DNA of 64,000 bases from an uncultured Parcubacteria group bacterium (GTDB lineage: Bacteria; Patescibacteriota; Patescibacteriia; UBA9934; CAMTUG01). The notes beneath the pieces were generated by a model. The model did no database searches. It was not told where the DNA came from and was given only the letters and a program-made list of their open reading frames with translations. A program made the translations under genes and the position numbers. Below are positions 15,841-24,623 of this stretch, one piece after another; positions within the stretch are counted from its first letter, which is position 1; each line of letters starts with the position of its first letter. Location: assembly GCA_947084965.1 (NCBI GenBank), contig CAMTUG010000001.1, positions 276,206-340,205 on the forward strand, in the 5' to 3' direction.

Positions 15841-16521
15841 GTGATTCACTTTAAGAACGTGACCAAAACATATCCACCGAACGTGGTGGGGCTGAAGGAC
15901 TGCTCCTTGCACATCAAACCAGGGGAGTTTGTTTGCATCGTCGGGAGGAGCGGAACGGGGAAGTCTACTCTCGCCAAATGTCTGTTTGCAGAAGAGCGCG
16001 CGGAGCGTGGAACGGTGGAGATTGGCGGCTGGGATATTACCAACATTAAAGCGAGTGAAGTTCCGTTGCTGCGTCGTCAGATCGGTGTCGTCTTCCAGGA
16101 CTTTAAATTATTGCCGAAAAAAACGGCGGAGGAGAACGTTTCCTTTGCCCTGGAAGTTGCCGGCGAACGTCCCAAGCGTATCCGCGAAGTGGTGCCGAAC
16201 GTGATGCGGATCGTCGGGCTGGGGGACAAAATGCACCGCTATCCACATCAGCTTTCCGGAGGGGAACAGCAGCGCATTTCAATCGCTCGTGCCTTGGTGC
16301 ATCGTCCGAAAGTGCTCGTCGCCGATGAACCAACGGGAAATTTAGACACGGTCAACACGCACGAAATCATCGAACTGCTCAAAAAGATTAACGACTTTGG
16401 GACAACGATCGTGCTCGTGACCCACAATCGCGAGGTAGTCAACAAGTTAAAAAAACGGGTCGTCACGCTCGAGGGGGGAAAGATCATCTCCGACGTTGAA
16501 GAAGGAAAATACAAACTGTGA
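15841..16521 (+). CDS. ftsE: Cell-division ABC ATPase FtsE
   Basis: Walker A 'GRSGTGKST', signature 'LSGGEQQR' and Walker B 'VLVADEPTGNLD'. The GTG start gives 'MIHFKNVTKTY'. The track ORF start at 15730 would overlap tRNA-Thr. Confidence 0.9.
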   Translation: MIHFKNVTKTYPPNVVGLKDCSLHIKPGEFVCIVGRSGTGKSTLAKCLFAEERAERGTVEIGGWDITNIKASEVPLLRRQIGVVFQDFKLLPKKTAEENVSFALEVAGERPKRIREVVPNVMRIVGLGDKMHRYPHQLSGGEQQRISIARALVHRPKVLVADEPTGNLDTVNTHEIIELLKKINDFGTTIVLVTHNREVVNKLKKRVVTLEGGKIISDVEEGKYKL

Positions 16522-17429
16522 TTACAGTTTATCGCATCGGAAAATTTGCGTTCCAGAACTTCTGGAGGAATATCTGGCTCTCGATCATCACCGTGACCAT
16601 TTTGGTGTTGACGTTGCTCACCGTGAACATCCTTTTGGTGTTGAATGTGATCGGACAGACGGCGGTCAAGACGATTGAAGCGAAGATCGACGTCTCCGTG
16701 ACGTTCACTCCGGAGACGAGTACAACCCTGATCGGCAACGCTCGCGGATATTTGCTCTCCTTGCCGCAAGTTAAGGATGTGCGCACGCTCTCTCCAGAGG
16801 AGGTGTTGCGGGACTTCCGTGCAGACAACGCGGGGAATCCAGATGTCCTCGCTTCGCTCGATGAGGTCGAAGGCAATCCATTCGGTGGTCAGTTGGTGAT
16901 CCTCGCCAACAATCCGGAGGATTTCGATTTCATTCTGGAGGCGCTGGAAAGTCCAGAATACAAACCGTCTATCGCGGACAAAGATTTTGAAGATCATCAG
17001 GTGGTGATTCAGAACATCACGACGACCTTCGACAAGATTCGTACGGGGGGGATTATTCTCGGTGGAATCTTTTTGTTGATCACCGTTCTTATTATCGTGA
17101 ATACGATCCGGGTTGCTATTTATACCCACCGAGAAGAGATCGGCATTATGCGCCTCGTCGGTGCACCAAACTTCTTCATCCGCGCTCCATTCCTCGTCGA
17201 GGCGATGCTGTATACCTTGATCGCTGTGCTCGTAACGATCGCGATCGTCTATCCGACGATCAGCCTGATTGAGCCGGCTCTTGATGCCTTCTTCCAAACC
17301 ACGCCTACCGGTTTGCTGAGCTATTTCACCGCCAACTTTGAGCTTATTTTCGGCTTGCAGCTGGCGGCGCTCTGTATCATCAACATGGTTGCGACGGGGT
17401 TTGCTATGCGCAAGTACCTTCAGGTTTGA
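16518..17429 (+). CDS. ftsX: Cell-division permease-like FtsX
   Basis: 303 aa. Four TM helices with a large first extracytoplasmic loop. 4-bp overlap with ftsE. Confidence 0.85.
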   Translation: MITVYRIGKFAFQNFWRNIWLSIITVTILVLTLLTVNILLVLNVIGQTAVKTIEAKIDVSVTFTPETSTTLIGNARGYLLSLPQVKDVRTLSPEEVLRDFRADNAGNPDVLASLDEVEGNPFGGQLVILANNPEDFDFILEALESPEYKPSIADKDFEDHQVVIQNITTTFDKIRTGGIILGGIFLLITVLIIVNTIRVAIYTHREEIGIMRLVGAPNFFIRAPFLVEAMLYTLIAVLVTIAIVYPTISLIEPALDAFFQTTPTGLLSYFTANFELIFGLQLAALCIINMVATGFAMRKYLQV

Positions 17430-17556
17430 TGAAACGAGGTAAATTCCTCGATTTGCTGCGTTATGGGGCCCCGACGACTCCTCAACGTACCGGCCATGTA
17501 CGTCTTGATCGTCGTCCTCCCCATGCCTTGCAACTCGAGTTTTTACCTCGTTTCAT
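17429..17556. repeat. Long imperfect palindrome, family D, copy 1
   Basis: The ends 'atgaaacgaggtaaa' and 'tttacctcgtttcat' are complementary. The GC-rich centre carries 'gacgac'/'gtcgtc' and 'acgtac-cggccat-gtacgt'. It starts at the ftsX stop codon. Confidence 0.7.
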
Positions 17557-17584
17557 TGACTTAGCATCATCATTGTAGTACTAT
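17556..17584 (+). promoter_or_regulatory. Promoter of the DEAD-box helicase gene
   Basis: TTGACT, a 17-nt spacer, then TACTAT. ATG 17594 lies 9 nt after the -10 element and there is no SD. Confidence 0.45.
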
Positions 17585-17593
17585 CCGATCCTT

Positions 17594-19048
17594 ATGACAG
17601 AGAACACGTTTTTCGGGTTAGGGATTGCGCCAAAGCTGCTCGACGTTTTGCAAGCCAATAAATACGTCACGCCAACGCCGATTCAGCAAAAGGCGATCCC
17701 GATCGCCATTGAAGGGAAGGATATCGTTGGAATCGCACAGACCGGAACGGGAAAGACGCTCGCTTTTTCCATCCCGATGCTTCAGCGACTGGCCGCCACC
17801 GGGGGAAAAGGGTTGGTGATTTTGCCAACCCGCGAATTAGCGTTGCAGGTCGAAGAAACGGTCATGAAGATCGGCCGCACGGCTGGGATTCGCACCGCTG
17901 TTTTAATTGGTGGTGCGTCGATGGGGTTACAGAAGAAGATGATCGAACGCAAGCCGCACGTGATCGTGGCCACCCCAGGTCGCTTGAATGATCATTTGCA
18001 GCAGGGGACGGTCAAGCTCGATGACGTCCGAGTTTTGGTGCTCGATGAAGCGGATCGCATGCTCGATATGGGCTTTGCTCCGCAGATCAACAAGATCATG
18101 GTCAAGTTGCCAAAGGATCGCCAGACGATGTTGTTTTCGGCAACGATGCCGCAGGAGATCGCCAAGATGGCCGCGGAATTTATGAAGCTCCCGTTGCGCG
18201 TCGAGATCGCCCGTCAAGGGACGACGGCTGAGCGGGTGGTGCAAGAAATGTTTGTGGTCAACAAAGAAGACAAGCAGCGTCTGCTCGAAAAATTACTCAC
18301 GGAATATAAAGGTACGGTTCTTGTCTTTTCACGCACCAAGCACGGGGCAAAAAAGATTTGCAAAGCGATCCAGACGATGGGGCACACCTCGGCCGAAATC
18401 CATTCCAATCGCTCACTTGCCCAGCGTAAAGAGGCGTTGAATGGATTTAAGAGCGGGAAGTATCGCGTCCTTGTAGCCACCGACATCGCTGCTCGCGGGA
18501 TCGACGTTACGGGGATTGAACTGGTCATCAACTTTGATCTTCCGGATGCTTCCGAAGACTACGTCCATCGCATCGGCCGCACCGGCCGCGCCGGCATGGC
18601 TGGTCGCGCTATTTCCTTTGCTACACCAGATCAACGCGGAGACATTCGCCAGATCGAGCGCTTAGTGCGTACCCAATTCAACTTGTTGAAACCAGAAGGG
18701 TTGCCAGAGCGCCGTGCTGCGCCGCCTGCTGATCCTAAGGATCAACGCACCCATGGCGGTCCTGCGCGTCATGGTGGAGGCCCATCACGCCACGGCCGTT
18801 CGCCACAAGGCGGCCGCCCGAATCGTGATGCTTCCCGTTTTGAACAAAAATCTCATCCAGCCCCACAGCATCACGCTTCGACCGGCGGATCGTCCGCTCC
18901 TCGTCGTGACGACGCTCGTCCACCGCGCCGAGACGATTCGCGTCCACCCCGCCGCGAAGGCGGTCACGGCCGCTCATCCGGCGCCGGCAATCCAAACCGC
19001 CCACCCAAGCGCGGCCCCAAGAAGTATTTTTACGGTTCAGCCTGGTAA
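17594..19048 (+). CDS. DEAD-box ATP-dependent RNA helicase with an Arg/Gly/Pro-rich C-terminal tail
   Basis: Q motif, 'AQTGTGKT', 'PTRELA', 'VLDEADRMLDMGF', 'SAT' and 'HRIGRTGRAG'. Confidence 0.9.
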   Translation: MTENTFFGLGIAPKLLDVLQANKYVTPTPIQQKAIPIAIEGKDIVGIAQTGTGKTLAFSIPMLQRLAATGGKGLVILPTRELALQVEETVMKIGRTAGIRTAVLIGGASMGLQKKMIERKPHVIVATPGRLNDHLQQGTVKLDDVRVLVLDEADRMLDMGFAPQINKIMVKLPKDRQTMLFSATMPQEIAKMAAEFMKLPLRVEIARQGTTAERVVQEMFVVNKEDKQRLLEKLLTEYKGTVLVFSRTKHGAKKICKAIQTMGHTSAEIHSNRSLAQRKEALNGFKSGKYRVLVATDIAARGIDVTGIELVINFDLPDASEDYVHRIGRTGRAGMAGRAISFATPDQRGDIRQIERLVRTQFNLLKPEGLPERRAAPPADPKDQRTHGGPARHGGGPSRHGRSPQGGRPNRDASRFEQKSHPAPQHHASTGGSSAPRRDDARPPRRDDSRPPRREGGHGRSSGAGNPNRPPKRGPKKYFYGSAW

Positions 19049-19060
19049 TCTCTGCTTCGT

Positions 19061-19384
19061 ATGCCCGTCATCCGCATTGATTTCGACAACGAAAAAGTTT
19101 CGGAGGCGGAGGTGAAATCGCTTTCAGAAGCGACGCGTATGATTGTCCTCGAGACGACCGGCACAGATGATGTGATGGTCTACGCCAACAGCGCACAGAT
19201 CAAAGTCAACGTGCACCCGATCGAGATCTTCGTACAAATGAGTGCGCATAAAGTGAAGGATCTCGAGGAACTCGTGGCCACCATCAAATCTCGCCTCGCG
19301 GAGTGGAAGCAAACAAACAACTTTACCCACCCGATCAATTTTACCTTCATGCCGATGCAGTGGAAGATCGAAATTGGGATTTAG
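19061..19384 (+). CDS. Small hypothetical protein, possibly of the tautomerase superfamily
   Basis: 107 aa beginning 'MPVIRIDF', so Pro-1 follows Met as in tautomerase-like families. The assignment is tentative. Confidence 0.5.
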   Translation: MPVIRIDFDNEKVSEAEVKSLSEATRMIVLETTGTDDVMVYANSAQIKVNVHPIEIFVQMSAHKVKDLEELVATIKSRLAEWKQTNNFTHPINFTFMPMQWKIEIGI

Positions 19385-19509
19385 CCGATCTCTTGATCGA
19401 TTTAAGATTTTGTCGTACGATCCCCACGCATTCCGGGAGCCGACTGCATCGGCCCCGTCGTTCGCTCGGGAATGTCGAAGCGGTGAGTTTCTCCATTGCG
19501 CTCACTCAC

Positions 19510-19583
19510 TCCGGGATCGTCTAATGGCAGGACAGCGGCCTTTGAAGCCGTGAATCGTGGTTCGAATCCACGTCCCGGAACCA
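19510..19583 (+). tRNA. tRNA-Gln (anticodon UUG), CCA encoded
   Basis: Acceptor TCCGGGA/TCCCGGA, anticodon arm GCGGC-CTTTGAA-GCCGT and T arm CGTGG-TTCGAAT-CCACG. Confidence 0.85.
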
Positions 19584-19591
19584 AGAAAAAT

Positions 19592-19616
19592 GACCAGCGC
19601 GTGCTGGTCGTTTTTC
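19592..19616 (+). terminator. Intrinsic terminator after tRNA-Gln
   Basis: 'gaccagc-gcgt-gctggtc' followed by 'gttttt'. Confidence 0.8.
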
Positions 19617-19662
19617 TTTGTCGACGTGGATTCGAATGGGAAGAGGTGCCTCGCCCTGGGCC

Positions 19663-20061
19663 TTACACAGCAACTTGTGTACAAAAAGAACACCGTTTTG
19701 CTTGGCGTGGAATTTCACTCAGGCATTCCTTGCATTTTTTTGTTGTAGGGTCTTCTGAAGGTTTGTTGCGAGATTTGGAAACGAGTAGATTCATGGGTTT
19801 GACCACGAAAAAGAAGACAGCGGTGGCTACAAGAAAGAATCCAATGAGGGCATTAATAAAGTGACCGTAAAGGAATTGACTGCCGTTAATCGTAAATGTG
19901 AGTTCACTAAAATCAGGTACTTTGGCAACAGCGGCGATGAGCGGAGTAAGGAGGTCATTTACGAGAGACGAGACCACTGTTCCAAATGCCGTACCTATGA
20001 TGACCCCAACCGCCAGGTCTACGACATTTCCCCTCAATAAAAACTGCTTAAATTCATGCAT
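19663..20061 (-). CDS. mscL: Large-conductance mechanosensitive channel MscL with a C-terminal CxxC...CxxC tail
   Basis: 'MHEFKQFLLRGNVVDLAVGVIIG' is the canonical MscL N-terminus. The internal ATG at 20061 is preferred over the track start at 20094. Confidence 0.85.
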   Translation of the reverse strand: MHEFKQFLLRGNVVDLAVGVIIGTAFGTVVSSLVNDLLTPLIAAVAKVPDFSELTFTINGSQFLYGHFINALIGFFLVATAVFFFVVKPMNLLVSKSRNKPSEDPTTKKCKECLSEIPRQAKRCSFCTQVAV

Positions 20062-20155
20062 ATATTCTATGGTGTATAAGTAAACAACCCACATCCTAAT
20101 TATACAGGAGCTTCCTAAGTTTCAACACGTCTGTTTGTGTTATACTTCGATATAT

Positions 20156-20644
20156 ATGAAAAAAATTCTGCTTTTAACTCTTGCTGTTTTTATTCTTGCG
20201 GTGGCCTACTGGCTCTTGTCACCATTTTTTATCGATAAGCAGGTTTCAGAAGATTCTCCTCTGTTGGAGCAGGGGACAGTAGAGATAAGCGATGAGACGG
20301 ATCCAGAACGCGTTCTTCCGCAGCAAGTCGCCAGCGGGATGTTTGTCGGTTTTGATGACATTCATCACGGGAGTGGTACGGCATCGCTCATAAAAACTGA
20401 CAGCGGCTATGTGTTGCGTTTCGAGGAGGACTTTGTTGTGGCCAATGGCCCTGATCTGTACGTAGGATTGGGAACTGATGGTCAGTATGTGAAGGATTCC
20501 GAGATCTCAAAACTAAAAGGTAATATCGGATCTCAGAATTACGAGCTCCCACCAGATTTCGACATCACCACGACGAACGAAGTTTGGATTTGGTGCCGAG
20601 CGTTTTCAACCCCGTTTGCGAGAGCCGTTCTGGATCAAAGATGA
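20156..20644 (+). CDS. Secreted or anchored DM13-domain-like protein
   Basis: N-terminal signal/TM 'MKKILLLTLAVFILAVAYWLL'. 'GMFVGFDDIHHGSGTASL...FVVANGPDLYVGL' resembles a DM13 domain. Confidence 0.55.
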   Translation: MKKILLLTLAVFILAVAYWLLSPFFIDKQVSEDSPLLEQGTVEISDETDPERVLPQQVASGMFVGFDDIHHGSGTASLIKTDSGYVLRFEEDFVVANGPDLYVGLGTDGQYVKDSEISKLKGNIGSQNYELPPDFDITTTNEVWIWCRAFSTPFARAVLDQR

Positions 20645-21124
20645 TTATTTTTTGCCCGGAGTCAGGGCGAGCATCCAGCGAATGCGTAATTGAGAAGATT
20701 TTTTGATCCAAGGGAAAGGAAAGTCAAACCAAATGCGCATGAACGTTTCGTGATCCAGGGATCGCCGCTTTCCATTTTCTGGATCAATAAAGATCACACG
20801 CAGATCCGTTACGCCGACAACGACAGAATAATGGCCTTCGTTAACAGAAAACCAGTTAAAAATAACAGGAACGCCTTTTTCACAGTACGCACGTATATCA
20901 GCGATCGTGGAGTGCTTTTTCCATCGCCCGCGAAAACCGTAGTGGTGTGCTGCGGTGAGCATCTGTGAAGGAGATGTTCCGTGGGAAACGGTCGTTTTGG
21001 CGAGGCGGCCAATTTCGCGTTGGGTAGCGACAACTCCATAATACGCGAAGACCATCTGCAGGCTTGCAGGACCACAATACGAGGGATATTGACGATAGGC
21101 GGGAACGTCTAGGTTTTTTGACAT
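20645..21124 (-). CDS. Stand-alone peptidase C39-like (papain-fold) protein
   Basis: 159 aa. Candidate catalytic Cys in 'SYCGPASLQM' and His in 'NEGHYSVVVG'. Last gene of a tight minus-strand operon. Confidence 0.6.
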   Translation of the reverse strand: MSKNLDVPAYRQYPSYCGPASLQMVFAYYGVVATQREIGRLAKTTVSHGTSPSQMLTAAHHYGFRGRWKKHSTIADIRAYCEKGVPVIFNWFSVNEGHYSVVVGVTDLRVIFIDPENGKRRSLDHETFMRIWFDFPFPWIKKSSQLRIRWMLALTPGKK

Positions 21125-21136
21125 ACGAAACTCAAA

Positions 21137-21715
21137 TTAGTGCAGTTGTTTCTTTCTGCCGAGGAGGATCGCGGCTACGACGGCAAAGTTACAGATGAAA
21201 ATATAGAACGGGTAGGCGAGGAGGGGGAGGTCAATGACGCCGACAGCTAACAGGCCAAAGAATCCTCCGGTGCCAGAAAGGGCCCAAGTGATTAACGTTT
21301 CGCTCTCTGGATGTTCGTAGGATTTGATGACGGTCAGCCAGGCGCCCATGGCGTCAATCAATACGGTTAAGTAGACGGCGATGACCGCATTATCGGTAAA
21401 GTACCAGATGAGCAACGTTACCGCGGCCGCAAGAAGGGTGATTACATCGCGTTTGAGGAGTCCGCCGAATCCGTAGCGGATCGAGAGGAGAAGAACAATG
21501 ATCACGCCGATCCCTTGAATGCCTGGGAGCCAGAGGGAATGGGTAGCACCCACGGCGAGTTGGGTAAAGAACCCCATGGCAGTGAGCACGCTCCAAATTA
21601 GCCACGACGCACGTTCTGGCCTCACAGTCCCTTTCACGATGGCGATGATGTACGGCGGATAGGAGATCGCACTAAAAACTCCTGCCAGGATGCCGAAAAT
21701 AGCGAGAATGTTCAT
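21137..21715 (-). CDS. Polytopic membrane protein, function unknown
   Basis: About 192 aa with about 6 hydrophobic helices. The start 'MNILAIFGIL' lies 4 nt after the stop of the upstream gene. Confidence 0.6.
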   Translation of the reverse strand: MNILAIFGILAGVFSAISYPPYIIAIVKGTVRPERASWLIWSVLTAMGFFTQLAVGATHSLWLPGIQGIGVIIVLLLSIRYGFGGLLKRDVITLLAAAVTLLIWYFTDNAVIAVYLTVLIDAMGAWLTVIKSYEHPESETLITWALSGTGGFFGLLAVGVIDLPLLAYPFYIFICNFAVVAAILLGRKKQLH

Positions 21716-21719
21716 ATAG

Positions 21720-22739
21720 TTACAACCCACGCTTTAAGCGGCGGAACGTTTCGATGGCGAAGTTGAGCCAGTACTTTTTGGTGAGCGGCAGGTCTTGGGC
21801 GTGAACGTACTCTTCGGGGAATCCACCGAATCCTTTTTTGAAAAGCGACAGTCCGGCCCAGGGGTGTTTGGGTTTGTTGTCCGGGGAGATTCCCCAGAAG
21901 TTATAGAGCGTACAGCCCCGGCGCTTGGCTTCTTGAATCGCTCGCCATTGCAAAAGCGATGAGGCGTTCAAGTGAGGGAAGATCTGAAGTGAACCGCTGT
22001 GGTGATAGTAGGCGGAACCGTTGTAGAAGATAATGATCGAGGCGGCGATGATCGTCCCTTGATAGGTGCCAAAGAAAAAGGCGGCCTGGTTGTCTTTAGC
22101 AAAAAGGTCAAACTCTTGTTTGAGGTAGGACTTGCTGAACGGCGTGTAGTGCTGACGATCCGCTGTCGCTTTGTACACTTTCCAAAAATCTTCCATCGCT
22201 TCCGGGTCGGTGCGCATGGTGATTTCGATCCTGTCCTTTTCTGACTTTTTGATCAGGTAGCGTGTTGTTTTGCGCATCTCTTTCAATAGCGTTTCCTCAT
22301 CTTTGGTGATGTCGAGGAGCCAGGAGAGTTCTGGATGCATGTGAATCGGTGCAGGGCGGAATCCTAGTGATGCGTAGAGACTTTTTTCCGTCACGGGTTG
22401 TAGTGGACAGATGCGAATGAAATCGCAGCGCTCGCGTTGTCCGATGTTAAGGAGTTCCTCGACGAGCACCTTGAGAATCCCAGCTGCGTCTGCATCTCTG
22501 GCGACCGTCGGACCGTGTGGACAGAGCAAAAAGGCTCCACGACGGGCGTTAATCTTAATGAGCAGAGCTACAGCCATCAATTGCTCCGCGCGATACACAC
22601 CCAGGCGGAAGATCTTTGATCCTGAGTGCTCGTACTGCAACCCCCATTTCCAGGAATGCAAAAACGTATGCGGACGCTGTTCTTGCATGAACGCTTCCCA
22701 ACGTTGTTCATCCTTTATTTCTGCAACGGAATAGTTCAT
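21720..22739 (-). CDS. FemAB-family aminoacyl-tRNA-dependent peptidoglycan peptide-bridge transferase (FemX-like)
   Basis: 339 aa. 'HTFLHSWKWG' and the overall FemAB/GNAT-duplication look. ATGA overlap with the upstream DegT-like gene. Confidence 0.7.
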   Translation of the reverse strand: MNYSVAEIKDEQRWEAFMQEQRPHTFLHSWKWGLQYEHSGSKIFRLGVYRAEQLMAVALLIKINARRGAFLLCPHGPTVARDADAAGILKVLVEELLNIGQRERCDFIRICPLQPVTEKSLYASLGFRPAPIHMHPELSWLLDITKDEETLLKEMRKTTRYLIKKSEKDRIEITMRTDPEAMEDFWKVYKATADRQHYTPFSKSYLKQEFDLFAKDNQAAFFFGTYQGTIIAASIIIFYNGSAYYHHSGSLQIFPHLNASSLLQWRAIQEAKRRGCTLYNFWGISPDNKPKHPWAGLSLFKKGFGGFPEEYVHAQDLPLTKKYWLNFAIETFRRLKRGL

Positions 22740-23935
22740 ACCTCGTGTTGAGTGGCAAACCAGGCGTTCACTTCGCGTACAATGCGCTCGGCGTCGGCCT
22801 TGGAGATCGAACGGTGCGTCGGTAAGTTGAGAATCTGCTCAGAAACGAACTCCGACTGCGGGCACGTCCCGGTATAATCGGTCAGGTACATGTATTTTTT
22901 AGGTGCGATTGGAGCATCGTACCAAATGTCGCTGATGTAGATACGGCGCTTGCGCAGATAGGTGATCAGACCTTCTCGCTGTTTTACGAGAATCGGGAAG
23001 CGCAGATAGATCGCATCGTTATGATTCGCGGCTAACATTAAAAGATCTTTGCTAAGACCTGATTGATATATTTCGGTAATCATCTTGCGATGCGTAATCA
23101 TCTTCGGAAGAACGGTGTATTCATGCATCGCTTGCACGGTGTACCAACTCGGAAGTTCGTGCGCTTCGACCGTCATGCCAGGAGGAAGAGGTTTGGAAAG
23201 CAGATGCAAGGATCGGCAGACTTTGTGAAGTAGTTTCCCAATACCTAGCGCATGAGTGAGCCGAATTTTATAGGTGAGGGTCGGATAAAAACGATCGCGC
23301 AGTTGCTGTGAGCGAGAGATCTGTTTTGCTGGAGCGTGCGTTTTGTCGCTGTACTGCTTCGAACGGGTGATCAGCGCGCCGCCGGAAACGGCATCAATCA
23401 CTTTGTCTTGGCTAAACGAAAGGATCGTGAAGTCGCCGATCGTTCCGGCTTCTTCACCAGATGTGTATTGAACGCCGATCGAATGAGCCAAGTCCTCGAT
23501 CAACACCAACTGTTTTGATCGACAGAACTCGGCGATCTCTCGCGCTTCACACGGCTCGCCAAGCGTATTTTGAATGATGACAACGGTGATATCTGGGTTT
23601 GCTTCCACGGCGGTTTTCAACGCATCAAGGGAGAAGTTCAGCGAACCTGGTTCAATATCGAGGAGCTCGGCACGATATCCGCTGTTCACAATGGCCTGAT
23701 AGACGGCATAACAGGTGAAGCCGTTGATGATGACCGTACTTCCAGGCTTAGTGATTTTATTCAGAGCGAGGGCGATCGCTTCGCGGCCTTTGTAGGTGAG
23801 GGTCACTTCGCCGCCATAGCGTGACGATAAGAAATCAATAAAGCGCTGGCGTCTGGCCGGTGTGCCAACAGCCAGAAACGTTCGCCAAGCGTCGAAGAAT
23901 CCGTAGTTTGATCCGAGAGAGTTGAAGATGCTCAT
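22736..23935 (-). CDS. DegT/DnrJ/EryC1-type PLP-dependent (sugar) aminotransferase
   Basis: 'SFSQDKVIDAVSGGALI' carries the PLP-lysine motif. The internal ATG at 23935 avoids overlap with the upstream gene. Confidence 0.7.
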   Translation of the reverse strand: MSIFNSLGSNYGFFDAWRTFLAVGTPARRQRFIDFLSSRYGGEVTLTYKGREAIALALNKITKPGSTVIINGFTCYAVYQAIVNSGYRAELLDIEPGSLNFSLDALKTAVEANPDITVVIIQNTLGEPCEAREIAEFCRSKQLVLIEDLAHSIGVQYTSGEEAGTIGDFTILSFSQDKVIDAVSGGALITRSKQYSDKTHAPAKQISRSQQLRDRFYPTLTYKIRLTHALGIGKLLHKVCRSLHLLSKPLPPGMTVEAHELPSWYTVQAMHEYTVLPKMITHRKMITEIYQSGLSKDLLMLAANHNDAIYLRFPILVKQREGLITYLRKRRIYISDIWYDAPIAPKKYMYLTDYTGTCPQSEFVSEQILNLPTHRSISKADAERIVREVNAWFATQHEV

Positions 23936-23936
23936 A

Positions 23937-24623
23937 CTAGGCGAGCTCCTGAATGATCTGTTCAGCGACAACTTCCGGATGCGTAACGTGTGGGGAGTGT
24001 CGCGCATTTGGAATCACAAAAAGCTTTGAATTCTCAATCGATCGGTGCATCAACTCACCGTCACTAAGCGGGGTGCTGCCGTCGTTCGCGCCCCAAATGA
24101 GGAGTGTTGGTGCTTTGATGCTTGATAAAACGGAACGCAGATCAACGCCGATCAGGTTAGCCATCGTTTTGCGCATGGCGGGACTTGCCTTCTCATAATC
24201 GCGTTCGCGGGCGGCACGATAGAGAAGTTTGCGTAGGCGATCGGATGAACTGAAGAGCTTTCCGACTTTGGCGAGGAGCCAAAAGACGCTGCGCTTGATG
24301 CGAATTTTTAAACCGTTCGGATAGATCCCGGCGCTGTCGATCAAAATCAATCGCTCAACTTTTTCTGGATATCGTGAAGCAAAAGCGATCGAGATGCGCC
24401 CGCCGTTTGAGTGGCCGACTAAGATGACCTTCTCTTCGTCTTTGAGTTCTGACTTCAACCAATCAACGTAATCATCGAGCGTCCAGGTGCGATCGGTGCC
24501 GTCGGTTAAGCCCGGAACGGGCAACAATTGCGAATCAATCCCGCTTTGCTTAAGCAGGGCGATGAGCGGATTCCAGGTGTCGGTGGTGTACGTCCAACCG
24601 TGGAGGATGTAAATCTTTTTCAT
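23937..24623 (-). CDS. Alpha/beta-fold hydrolase
   Basis: 'ILHGW' and the nucleophile elbow 'GHSNGG'. About 228 aa. Confidence 0.7.
   Translation of the reverse strand: MKKIYILHGWTYTTDTWNPLIALLKQSGIDSQLLPVPGLTDGTDRTWTLDDYVDWLKSELKDEEKVILVGHSNGGRISIAFASRYPEKVERLILIDSAGIYPNGLKIRIKRSVFWLLAKVGKLFSSSDRLRKLLYRAARERDYEKASPAMRKTMANLIGVDLRSVLSSIKAPTLLIWGANDGSTPLSDGELMHRSIENSKLFVIPNARHSPHVTHPEVVAEQIIQELA

Noticed and set aside
16248-17297. A 349-aa minus-strand ORF antisense to ftsE and ftsX.
   Set aside because: No motifs and a biased composition. It spans two well-supported genes on the opposite strand.
17429-17578. A 49-codon ORF ('MKRGKFLDLLRYGAPTT...') starting in a TGATG overlap with the ftsX stop codon and running through the palindrome.
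   Set aside because: It coincides exactly with a palindromic element. The sister element at 27257-27380 has no equivalent ORF on either strand. It is probably fortuitous.
18700-19048. The GC-rich 3' end of the DEAD-box helicase gene, considered as another foreign cassette.
   Set aside because: It is in frame with the helicase and encodes an Arg/Gly/Pro-rich tail. Such tails are common in DEAD-box proteins, and there are no separate promoter, SD or terminator signals.
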